A DNA stretch of 64,000 nucleotides from assembly GCA_964036045.1 (NCBI GenBank), contig OZ038379.1:21638001-21702000 (forward strand), read 5' to 3'. Below are positions 24,552 through 64,000 of this stretch, in pieces. The stretch is from Eutreptiella sp. 'Long Island Sound 2002'. Lineage: Eukaryota; Protista; Euglenida. Below the pieces are notes generated by a model. It did not search any database. It was not told the origin of the DNA and saw only the letters and a list, made by a program, of their open reading frames with translations. Within the stretch, counting starts at the first letter, position 1; each line of letters begins with the position of its first letter. The position numbers and the translations under genes were made by a program.

Positions 24552-26532
24552 TGTGTGTGTGAACTGGTGCCCCCCCCTGCGAACCAGGTTGGCAGCATAT
24601 GGCCACCCTATACCATGGCACCCTCCACATTTGGGTGACATGGGCGTATCTTGGCAGCGCCGCCGGGCTGGAGAAGTGGGGTTCTCAAACCCCGGGCGTC
24701 AGGCAAGTCCGCAAACGCAAGAGCTTGCGGACCAGCGCTGGCACCATCAATTACAGGACTACCAGGCAGTTGGGGGACTGGTCGGGCCAGCAACCCCAGA
24801 GCTCAAACATTGGCGGCCGTAGGCCTGGCTGTAGCTGACCCCATTTTGCAGGTAGGGAAAGAATGGTGGGGTTACATAGCACTACACACGCAGTCCAATG
24901 TAGAAATGGGGCACCACGTTCCCATTTGAAAGGGAACTAGTACAAACGCTGTTGCAAACCACATATAAAGTGTTTTAGCACATCATCAAGGCCTGGCGCA
25001 ATGTTGATTTGTGATACGTATGTGTTGTCCATACACCTGGCCATCAGGGACGCGTGCCACACGGCGTCAACACAATTCACGTGGGTACAAAGCCGTTGCC
25101 GAGACAGGGCGTGTGCTATTTCCAAACAGAACCTCTTCCCTTGGGACCCTCCCACTGAGTCGCCTGTTGAGACGTTCTGCGAAGAGCGTTGTTCCCACAT
25201 TGCATTCCAGAAACACCCGTCATGCACTACATGACGACACAACAAACTGGTTGCAAACGAGCGAATTCCAAACTTTTCTCACGATGAATATCAACAAGCG
25301 TACACCTGATGACGGACTCGGGCTTGCACCTGAGAACGCCGGACTCGGGCTTCCTCCTGCCGGACTCAGGCTATCTCGCGCCGGACTCGGGCTATCTCCT
25401 GAGATGGAAACATGCAGACACGCAGTGCACGCAGGTCACAAAAAATGAGTCTGCAGGGGACAGCAGTCACCAGAAGACACCACCAAACCTTGGGTGCTAC
25501 CAGTGTGGAATGTAACACACACCCAATGGGGGGCGAAGAGGCGCTCAGTTGGGAATGAATCCGGGTGCAGGAGGATTTTGGGAAATTTGAGCGCCCCCTA
25601 CCACAAATGTGGGTTATCCCAGAGACATCCCCTACGGCACAGCCCATGAACATCCCCAATGGCGCAACACACTTCGGTGCTACATGGGCACACCAACATC
25701 ATGGTTTGGGTGGGGATACACACCGCGGGTGTTGCGAAAATTAGCCACAAAACCAAAATTTGGATTTGGCCATGAAACATCGCCAATCACAACTTTGGAT
25801 GGTTAAAATGACAACGCAAGGGGATGCCCCGTGAAAAGCAACTTTCCGACTGGGCAGTCCCGGTGCATGCCACGCCCTTCGAGAAGTGTGGGTTCTGTAC
25901 ACTTGTGTTCTCGTGTGCTTTTGGGTCAGCCCCATATGAGCATGTCACCATGGGGGACCCGAGCTGACTATTTCAAAATCCCTCTTTTCCCATGTTTTCG
26001 CCCCCCCAATTCCACCGAAATTGATTCCCGGTCGAAACGGAAACAGTTTCCCGCATAGGCTATTACGTGTGCTCGTGTGTGTGTATGTGTATGTGTGTGT
26101 GTGTGTGTGTGTCAAATGCAATGCCAAAGGCAAAGAGGAAAGTGCTCAACACTGTCAAAAACAAATAACCTGTTGGCAGTCAAAGCAACTCTTGAACAGT
26201 GACGTACAATGTCCAAAGCGTCCCAAAAACCGTTGGCAGGCAAACCGTCTTTATCAACAAGGGATTTTCACCTTGACCATCACAGACAAATGGCAAACCG
26301 AATCCTGTTTGTGTGTATGTGTGTGTGTGTCTGTGTGTGTGTCTGTGTGTGTGTCTGTGTGTGTGTATGGGTGTGGTGGGTGCGGTGGGTGCGGTGGGTG
26401 CGCGTCTGTGCGTGTGCGCGCACGTGTGGGGGGGGGGGGGGCAGGAACACCATATTGTAGAGGAAGGCCGACATGAGTCCATGGGTGTATGTGTGCGTGG
26501 CAGGGGGGGAGGCGCGGCCTGCGCGTGCGTGC

Positions 26533-26616
<84 letters not shown>

Positions 26617-27809
26617 TGTGTGTGTGAACTGGTGCCCCCCCCTGCGAACCAGGTTGGCAGCATATGGCCACCCTATACCATGGCACCCTCCACATTTGGG
26701 TGACATGGGCGTATCTTGGCAGCGCCGCCGGGCTGGAGAAGTGGGGTTCTCAAACCCCGGGCGTCAGGCAAGTCCGCAAACGCAAGAGCTTGCGGACCAG
26801 CGCTGGCACCATCAATTACAGGACTACCAGGCAGTTGGGGGACTGGTCGGGCCAGCAACCCCAGAGCTCAAACATTGGCGGCCGTAGGCCTGGCTGTAGC
26901 TGACCCCATTTTGCAGGTAGGGAAAGAATGGTGGGGTTACATAGCACTACACACGCAGTCCAATGTAGAAATGGGGCACCACGTTCCCATTTGAAAGGGA
27001 ACTAGTACAAACGCTGTTGCAAACCACATATAAAGTGTTTTAGCACATCATCAAGGCCTGGCGCAATGTTGATTTGTGATACGTATGTGTTGTCCATACA
27101 CCTGGCCATCAGGGACGCGTGCCACACGGCGTCAACACAATTCACGTGGGTACAAAGCCGTTGCCGAGACAGGGCGTGTGCTATTTCCAAACAGAACCTC
27201 TTCCCTTGGGACCCTCCCACTGAGTCGCCTGTTGAGACGTTCTGCGAAGAGCGTTGTTCCCACATTGCATTCCAGAAACACCCGTCATGCACTACATGAC
27301 GACACAACAAACTGGTTGCAAACGAGCGAATTCCAAACTTTTCTCACGATGAATATCAACAAGCGTACACCTGATGACGGACTCGGGCTTGCACCTGAGA
27401 ACGCCGGACTCGGGCTTCCTCCTGCCGGACTCAGGCTATCTCGCGCCGGACTCGGGCTATCTCCTGAGATGGAAACATGCAGACACGCAGTGCACGCAGG
27501 TCACAAAAAATGAGTCTGCAGGGGACAGCAGTCACCAGAAGACACCACCAAACCTTGGGTGCTACCAGTGTGGAATGTAACACACACCCAATGGGGGGCG
27601 AAGAGGCGCTCAGTTGGGAATGAATCCGGGTGCAGGAGGATTTTGGGAAATTTGAGCGCCCCCTACCACAAATGTGGGTTATCCCAGAGACATCCCCTAC
27701 GGCACAGCCCATGGACATCCCCAATGGCGCAACACACTTCGGTGCTACATGGGCACACCAACATCATGGTTTGGGTGGGGATACACACCGCGGGTGTTGC
27801 GAAAATTAG
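22987..27809 (-). mobile_element. Tandem array (2.3 copies, period 2061/2065 bp) containing Penelope-like RT remnants
   Basis: Units start at 22987, 25048 and 27113 and are near-identical (SNP G/A/G at 23588/25649/27714; (GT)n length differs). Minus-strand RT-like pieces LGMSMGC and ARCMDNTYV...FPFKWER. Confidence 0.8.
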
Positions 27810-28013
27810 GGATGGAAGCATACACTTGGCCATCAGGAAGGCCACAATGTCTAGTGTTTGTCATTGAGTGTGTCTGTCTGTGTAAAACGCAATGCCACAG
27901 GCAACGTGTGTGTGTGCGTGCGTGCGTGTGTGTGTGTACAACGCAATGCCAAAGGCAACAAACAAAGGCTCAACAGATTTCACACAGACATTAACCTGAC
28001 AAATCAAGTTGAT

Positions 28014-28345
28014 TCATGCAGTAGTTTTCACACATCTGAGTCCCACATCGTTATCAAAAGACGGCGCCACTGGGGGGATTCCCTTTAATGTCAAACTGAG
28101 GGTCGTTGAGGTGCACATCACCGTACACCCGCCACAGTTTAGAAATTGGCCCTCTCGTTCCCATTTAAATTGTACCTGGTCTTGTATGTCTTGCAATAGT
28201 TCTATACAATATCGAATGGTAGTATGCAAATGTGCAGGAACGTTGCAAAAGGCACGAACATTGCAAAAGGCGATGTAAGTGTTGTCCATATACCTGGTGA
28301 ATAATATTGCAGGTGTATCATTCAGCAGTTCGCGTGGCCTAGACG
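28014..28345 (-). mobile_element. Penelope-like reverse transcriptase fragment
   Basis: LFTRYMDNTYIAF...QVQFKWEREGQFLNCGGCTV resembles RT motifs C-E of PLEs (RYVDD...KFTxExE..LPFLD); abuts a (TG)n tract. Confidence 0.6.
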
Positions 28346-28363
28346 TTTCTGCCACCATACAGT

Positions 28364-28471
<108 letters not shown>

Positions 28472-31400
28472 AACGCAACACCAAAGGCATGTGTGCATAT
28501 GTCCTTCTATGTGGTAGTGCGTTTGCGTGTCCACGTGTGCGCGTTGTGGGTTGTGTGCTATACCAACCAGCCACGGGAAAGATTTTGAAATGCTGAGCAC
28601 TTTTCAAAACGGCTCATTGGTTCGTCTACAAGCCACACACCACTCGGTTCATCACATGCCGGGCAATGGTGAGAGGCAGAGGAACAAGTGTTGCATCGTG
28701 CGATCATGTTGGCTCACTAGAAGCTCTACCCCTATTGCTAGCATGTTTCTGTTCATTGATTCATTTAGTCTTATTCCCCCATGCTTTTGGCCTTCCCAAA
28801 CTTGCGTCGGCGTTCATGTTTGCCACCTCGAAATGACATCAATTGGTATCGAGGCGGCAAAGCACCCACAAAATCGAGTGGGGTATCAAATGGCATCCAC
28901 GGTAATACGTGAGCGAGTGAAGGATCCATTGAGTAAGTGGCCCAAACAAATGACGTTAGGCTCGTTTTGCGGATCCCCGACCCCTTAGCTTGATTAGCTT
29001 GCTGAAACATAACAACAACACAAAGCTACGCGCGGCCTCCAACTTCATGATTGTTGATGGTTGCGTCACATATTTCTCCGACCCTCCCTCCCACTTGTCT
29101 CGGAACCAAGCAGGGAACATTTTGAGTTGCGTTATCAATGACCCGAGACAAAGAAAATTGCACACACAATGCGGTGTAGATTCACGTGAGTGCTAGAGGG
29201 ACGGAACAAAAGGACTCTGCCGTTTTGCATTTGAAATTATGCGGGCATCAAAGATTACCCCAAAATTATACTGGCCTCTACATTCCTTTTCCTTTTCGAC
29301 GACACGTGTGAGGGAAACATGTGCAACATTGGTTGAAGGGCATACCGATTGCTTGAACACGTGCCTTCCGCACCTTTCGCAGGGACTTGGAACGAGAACG
29401 AAGAGGACCAACATAACCAGGTTCACCCGGTTTTCGTGCCCTTAGGTAAGGCAAAACATATTTCAATGCCTTGCCGTGCCACCATTCCCCTAAAAATGAG
29501 ACAATAAATATCAAATGATACAGCTCAGATTCGAAACTAGGCAAAGTAAGTTCATTTTCGGCACTAACGACATCCCGGCACACCCGGACACGCAACTTGT
29601 TGCATGGAACTCAACAATATTGTGTCGTCCAACAATATTGTGTGTGGAGTTTTTCGTCTATGGCATGATGTGCACTCTCACGGCTTTCGTCGTCAGGTGC
29701 AAGCACTCCTTCTCGCAAGTCCCACAGACCGCGGGCAAAGCAAAGAAAAAATGCACAACCGCGTGTTTCTCAAGACGGGTGACCAAGTAACACAAGGCAA
29801 AACGCACACACAAGTGTGTGCTAAAGCGTCTCAGAATTAGTTTCTTCACTAGGCTACCCTTGGGAGACAGCATGTATATACACATGGTGTTCAACCCACA
29901 AATAGGCTTTGCTTAGGAAGTTAAAGCACCTGGGCATACATGACAATCACAAAAGCAAAAAACAAATGTCTTGCACCGTCCAAGTGAGGGTCGCCGTCTC
30001 GCACCTGGCAAGTGCGACGTGGATATGCTTGGTGTTTTGTTTTTGATGCATGGCAACCCTACTACTTGAGCAAAGTGCCGAATCACCACCATTATTCCTT
30101 GGCACAACAATTGTGCCATTGTGAATCACAACCATTGTGCCTTGGCAGTTGTTCCCTGACGTTCCGTCGCGTAGTGTCAAACGCAATGCCAAAGGCAACG
30201 AGCAACAATGCGCAACAACGCTTGTGTGCGCTTCGGCGTCGCGCGATATGAGCCCCTTCGCCCATATGCGGGTTCGTGAACGACATCGTCATCCATACCT
30301 ATGATTTCGTTGTCGCTTGACTTTTTCAGCGGCCCGAAAGCCGTCATTTTGGGCGGCTTGGAAGGTTGGGTAGTCATCGCCATGCAAGCAATGACGACCC
30401 AAAAAATTAATCTCATGTCGCACTTCTCTTGGCAAGGATCAACTTTTGGTGGACGACATGCACTGAAAACACGATTTAGAGGCCAATCAAAAATGCACGA
30501 TCACATGCACGAAGCAATTTTGACTCCATCTTGTTTAGGTGCTAGGTCGAAGTAATGCCAAGGTAAAAGTGTAATTTTTCAAAAGGGTGGAATAACACAG
30601 CAACACCAATGTCGCCATACCACGTCCATGCAGTAACAACCACTACACACAGATAACTCAAAGACATCTCGTACCTTCCACCCTCATTCTACAAAGAAAC
30701 ATGCATTTTTCATTTTGAGCTTTGTTGATGAGGTGACTGTTTATCGCTAGAATCGCGCCCAAAGTAGTTTATACAAAAGTACGACACATGAAACAAAGGG
30801 ATCCCCGGGACCAAAATCAAAAGGCATGTGGAGGTGCACGGTTGTTCGTCGTTCATGAGGTGGGAAAGAGGGCTCCACACAAGGCACGAATGAAATGTGT
30901 GTCTTTGCAAATGAAATAATCACCGAAGATAGAGACAAACCATTGGTTGGAACCGGGGACAAACTGTTTCTTGGTTTCCCTCGGTACGGTGTTCTCTGGG
31001 ACTCTACGAAGACTACCGTGGTCATATGCATAAATGGGGATGGTTCGGCATCTTGTTGGTGCGCTCTTTCGTGTGGGATGACTGGTGCACAATGATGGTG
31101 GTTGTGACAATCTATGTTGAAAGGGCTTTACTACTTTGTTGGTGCCATTTCAACTCTTCATGCCTCGTCATTTACAATCCATCCGAGATCCCATGGCATG
31201 TTTGGGTTGGGTGGTACTTTGAATCAAGCCTGTGCCTCACTGCATGCTCAACTCCTTGCCTTGGATGTTTTCTTCACTTGGAGGTGCAATTTGGGGGTTG
31301 CCAACAAGATGGAAGCTAATCACAATGCTCTTGAAGACTGCTCGCAATGCCCACCTCCTTTGCAACCTTTCTCTCTAGAAACCACTGCTATCACACCCTT

Positions 31401-31483
31401 CTTCGAGATCGATATTGGGAAGCACACAAATTTTTGGACATGGATAATGAAGGTGCACTTGTTCTGCAATGTGTACTTCTCCC

Positions 31484-32128
31484 TACTATAATAATAAAGT
31501 TAAAACAGTATATTAATAGTTTCCGGAAAGGCTTTACTTAATACTTATTACTTTTTTTCTTTAATTCATCCAGAGGCGTCCTTACTTCTTACTTATTTTT
31601 TAATGCTCCCGATTGTCCCTTACTTAATATGACACATGAGCAGAAAGACACAAGCACAACAAAACATGGTCCCATCTGATGGCCGAATCGATGTGCCGAA
31701 GAGTACTAAGTATACTTAACTGGGACCTTTGTCTGCCGCCCCCCCCGAGTGGTGTAGGTGTTGATATGGACAAACATTCAGCGAGCTAATCCGGGAGATG
31801 AGTGTCATCCTCACCTCCTCATCTCGATCAACTTCCTCTTCCTCTTCAACCACCTCCAACTCTCTTAACATGTCATCATACATGGGGTCATTCTCATCCT
31901 CTGCCGATTCCTGAGACGCATCAAACTCATCATCGTCGTAAACATCATACCTTCAGCTCCGTTCGGTGCCGTTGCGCCAAATGTCGCTGTTCTGTCGCCG
32001 TTACTGAATTACGATTACTGAAGTTTTAATGGCCGCAGACGCCCATTACTTAGGTTAGTTGACTGAATTTTAATGATTTCGGGGGGGGTCCGGATTACTT
32101 TTACTGATTTAACTTTATTTATATAGTA
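31484..32128. mobile_element. Candidate TA-flanked TIR element with acidic ORF remnant
   Basis: TACTATAATAATAAAGTT at 31484 versus the reverse complement of 32111-32128, TACTATATAAATAAAGTT (16/18); TTACT-rich subtermini; minus-strand acidic stretch YDDDEFDASQESAEDENDPMYDDMLRELEVVEEEEE. Confidence 0.5.
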
Positions 32129-33763
32129 ATCAGGAAAGCGTGTATCCACGTGTCCTGGAGCTTCTGTGGGATTATGAACGTTGCTAGTTTTCATCGCATG
32201 AAAGCAAAAAAGGCAAAAGGCGAAGTCATGTTGACAAACAAAGCTTGACTGGTCGGTCACGGCGCACCGGTTACGGTCGCCGGGTCAACAGCGTCGTGCA
32301 GTCTGCGGTCCTCCCACCTCCCACCAAACCACCAAATCCGTGGCTGCAGAAAAGTACTTTTCGGACGTGAAAGTCGGGCAGTAAACGTTGCTTCTGCCCC
32401 TTGGTGTCCCTCCTATGTACCGGCGCTGGCAATGGTTCACGCTCAGTCCAAATGTTTCCGGATATAGTATTTTTCTAAGCACCGGAGCAAGGCGAGATTG
32501 CGGGAAGGCTCGCTCGCTCCACAGCCCCAGACAGGAGGTACAGAACACTCTATGTTACCGGAAGCCGTTTCTCACCATTTTTGTTGCCGGCTGTTGGCTG
32601 TTAGCCCTAGGTTTCACGAATGGCAGATCCAGGTGGTTTTTACTTATCTTTACAAGACCCAAAATATTCGGAGTGTGTTTCAGCAGCGTTTATTTCTCGA
32701 GATCAGGTCACATTCGTGTTGTAAACAAACTTGGGCCACATACAACCGTGACCCACCACCATACCCACAAAACCGCATTTCTACACCTTTGCATGTGCAT
32801 CGTGCGTGGTGGGATTGACCACGCAAGGCGTTTGCAAAGAAAGGAGTGCGTCACGAGCCGAGAAGAAGAACTTGTCACGGCATCAACATCGGGCCGTTTG
32901 TTTTTTCGCCGGCGTATGATGCATGACTTTCGAGTTTTTGCTTGCGGATGTGTGGTTGAACATGAACAAGATAACGTGCGCGCATTCAACGAAGTAGTTC
33001 CCAAAAATGTCGGGAGGATTCGGAGTGACGCGTTGCGTGGTGGTTATCGAGGGTTTTCGTTAACGGCCTAGTGTTCGTTGCAAAGCGCGTCGTCGACGAA
33101 GTAGGTCTCTCCCCGAAGCATCGATGAATGGTTTGCTTGGCCCTTTCCTCCAATGAAACAATCAAGCTGGTGTTTCCTTCGATAGCATGGTGGGTGGTAC
33201 AACAAAGCACAAGTGAGACAAGATCGTTTTCTCATAGGTCCCAGCTTGAACGCACCGGGGATGGATGGTCATGACGCATCTCACTCACAACACACAAAAC
33301 CTTAGAACCTTGAAGCCAACCAAAACTCAAAACAGGAGGCGGACGGGAGGTTGCTCTCAAGATTTATTGAAGGCGAAAGAAACACTCGCGAAGTCTTTCT
33401 CGACAAGGCACTTCACGTCCGATGGCACTTGTGGCATAATCTTCGTGCGTATGCGTCTACCCGAAGTCGACGTTGGGCATAATGGATGGCGGCATCTAGT
33501 AAATGAGGTGCCAACCCAAAGGGCGACTTTTTTGGCTATCAAGAACGCGATCACCATGACTCGCTCCATTCGATATGCAGGCCCGCATTCGACGACCAAC
33601 GGTTCAAAGTCACATGCCCCACAGATTGCGAAGTGTCAAACCAACCTCAAGAGTCACGGATGGTTTGTGCGATTTACTACTTGCGATTGTCCGGAATTAT
33701 GCAAAGTGATTCGTTGTGTGAATCTCGAGTGTTTGCGTGCTCAAGGGGCTTCTACGACGCAAA

Positions 33764-62185
<28,422 letters not shown>

Positions 62186-62719
62186 GGAGCTCGCAAGCAG
62201 GGGCAGGGGCGCGGCGCAGTGCGTGGGTGCCGAAGTACAGCTGCGGTCCGCACGGGGGGGCAGGTGTAGCGTTGCTGCTTGCAGCTTGGGGCAGCTGCAT
62301 CGGGTGCATGCGCCGAAAGGGCACGTTTGTAGACGTACCGCTCCGTACCATTTAGCACTGCATTCTCAAGAGCCCGGTCGGATTGGCCATGGGGAAGTCA
62401 GTGTCAGTCTAGCCATGACTTGGACCCCGCGCAGGCACCAGCCACACTGTGTACCCCCAAGTTGCTCGCGAAGGCGTTGCACAACAAACGCTTGGCCAGT
62501 ACAAACATGCACAAAACAAGCGGATGTAGGTGTCACGCTTGCTCCCCCAGGCAGGGCCCAGTCCCTTTTCCTTTCCCTTTTTTTGCTTTTTTTTTGCGTC
62601 TGCAAACGTCGCCTGCGCCGCGGCTGGTCTGCCAACTGCCATTGGGTGCAGTAGAGAGGCGACCGAGAGGCAAAGGGGGGTCACACGGAAGTAAAGTGTG
62701 TGATGCTGACATCATGGAG

Positions 62720-63280
62720 CATTAGCCTTTCTGGCCACACCTCCGTCATGATGGGCACGCGGAAGGCGCGAGGAATGCGTGAAGATGGTGTTGGAGGCGG
62801 CAGCAGACAGCCAGCTGACGGCATCCGGCGGCCATTCGCCGTATCTCACCTGTCAAAGTGCAGTGTGCACCGGCCCCCCCATTTCCATGCGCTCTGGATC
62901 AGACTGCCGCGCCGGATGGATTCGGGTAGTTCGTCCAACAACGTTCCGGCCACGAGTGCCCGTACTACATGCACACACTCCAGAGTCACTGGCCCCATCA
63001 CATCCCATGGCACGGATTGCTTAGCAGCACTCAGCCCTGTGCTGTCAGTTGGTGGCACGGCTGTCCTCTGTCTGCTGACTGAATGGTAGGTCTGTCTACG
63101 GAGGGAATGGCGCAGCGGCCAGGGGGGGAGAAGGGGACGGGACTGACCGGGTAAAAGGGGGCGCTGGGATAGCCCCCTGGGGCTGCTATGGCCCACGGGG
63201 CACTGGGATGGCCGGGCTTCATACATTGCTTCACTTCCTCTTCCTTCAAATTCGGTGTGAACAATGCCAATCCAGCGGGA
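62720..63280 (-). CDS. Possible 3' exons of an unidentified minus-strand gene convergent with RRP12
   Basis: Candidate AG/GT-bounded exons (SRWIGIVHTEFEGRGSEA..., ...ECVHVVRALVAGTLLDELPESIRRGSLIQSAWKWGGRCTLHFD followed by GTGAGA) can be joined in phase, but no family is recognised and one implied intron is only about 35 nt. Confidence 0.3.
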
Positions 63281-64000
63281 CTTCAACAACTTCACAGTGA
63301 AACGCTACATCCGCTTGGGACCCACTGCACGTTTCCTGATATTGAGGTTATCGATTGCCGCTGTGCGAATTATACCGCAGTCAGGCCTGTGCTTCTATGG
63401 GAGGGAGGCTGGTGCGGGGGTGTCAAGACGTAATGCAAAGTAATTACGGGCGGTTTTTTACAGGCGATTGAGGGCCAAGCCCAGGCGGTTGCTAAACGGT
63501 TGGCGGGCACTTAGGGCGCCTGGGGGTGGTTGGATCGGAATAGACAATTGCTCCCCTGTGCAAGCCTCGGCGCTAGCCGAAAAATCGGCCATTGTCGGCT
63601 AGTCTGAAATTTTCCATTTTTCCAGTCGGCCAGTTCGGCGAGCAAAATTCATCACAGGCACCTGAGGGAAAGGTGGCAAGGCTGTGGAAAAATGGGGAAA
63701 ATGGGACAGGGAAGAATGGGAAATTTGTCCCAAATGTCTCATTTTTCTCCGATTTTTCTCCAATTTCCTACGAATTTCACACATTTTTTCTACATTTCCC
63801 ACTAGGTATTTTTGGCACTTTCTCACATTTCCCCATTTCCCCCCATTTCCCCCCATTTTCCCTCATTCCCCCCCATTTTTCTCCATTCCCCCCCGTTTCC
63901 CCCCATTTTCCCCCATTTTTCTCCATTTCTCCATTTTCCCCATTTTCCTTTACCTCTCCAGCTAGTTGGCTACTTCGGCTGCGGCCAACGCCGATGCCTG

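Noticed and set aside
33357-33599. Minus ORF as first exon of the large surface-protein gene (divergent from RRP12)
   Set aside because: Weak signal-peptide pattern and no traceable exon chain down to 22614; unsupported.

Overview
Eukaryotic (protist) genomic DNA with intron-rich genes and many transposable elements. GT-AG splicing, very repeat-rich introns and the repeat types suggest a euglenid or similar protist; this is inference and unverified. Two large spliced genes were reconstructed by hand. (1) RRP12 on the + strand, about 33764-62185, has about 21 exons giving about 1220 aa, with all intron phases consistent. Its 5' introns hold three tRNA genes (Thr-AGT, Leu-CAG, Trp-CCA) and a decayed tRNA-Asp-like element. 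(2) A very large modular, probably cell-surface protein gene on the - strand runs from at least 22614 down to 1463 and is incomplete at both ends. It has about ten ~52-aa Gly-rich repeats and three Cys-rich CxDxxxNGxExGVDCGG modules, each encoded by discrete exons. Introns and intergenic DNA contain two hAT-derived elements with intact TIRs/TSDs, one carrying a SAM-domain fusion. They also contain an RNase H-bearing non-LTR fragment, a 2.06-kb tandem array with Penelope-like RT remnants (YMDN-type motif), several MITEs (one with introner-like GT...AG architecture), a foldback element and many microsatellites. Most ORFs in the supplied track are antisense shadows or microsatellite artefacts.
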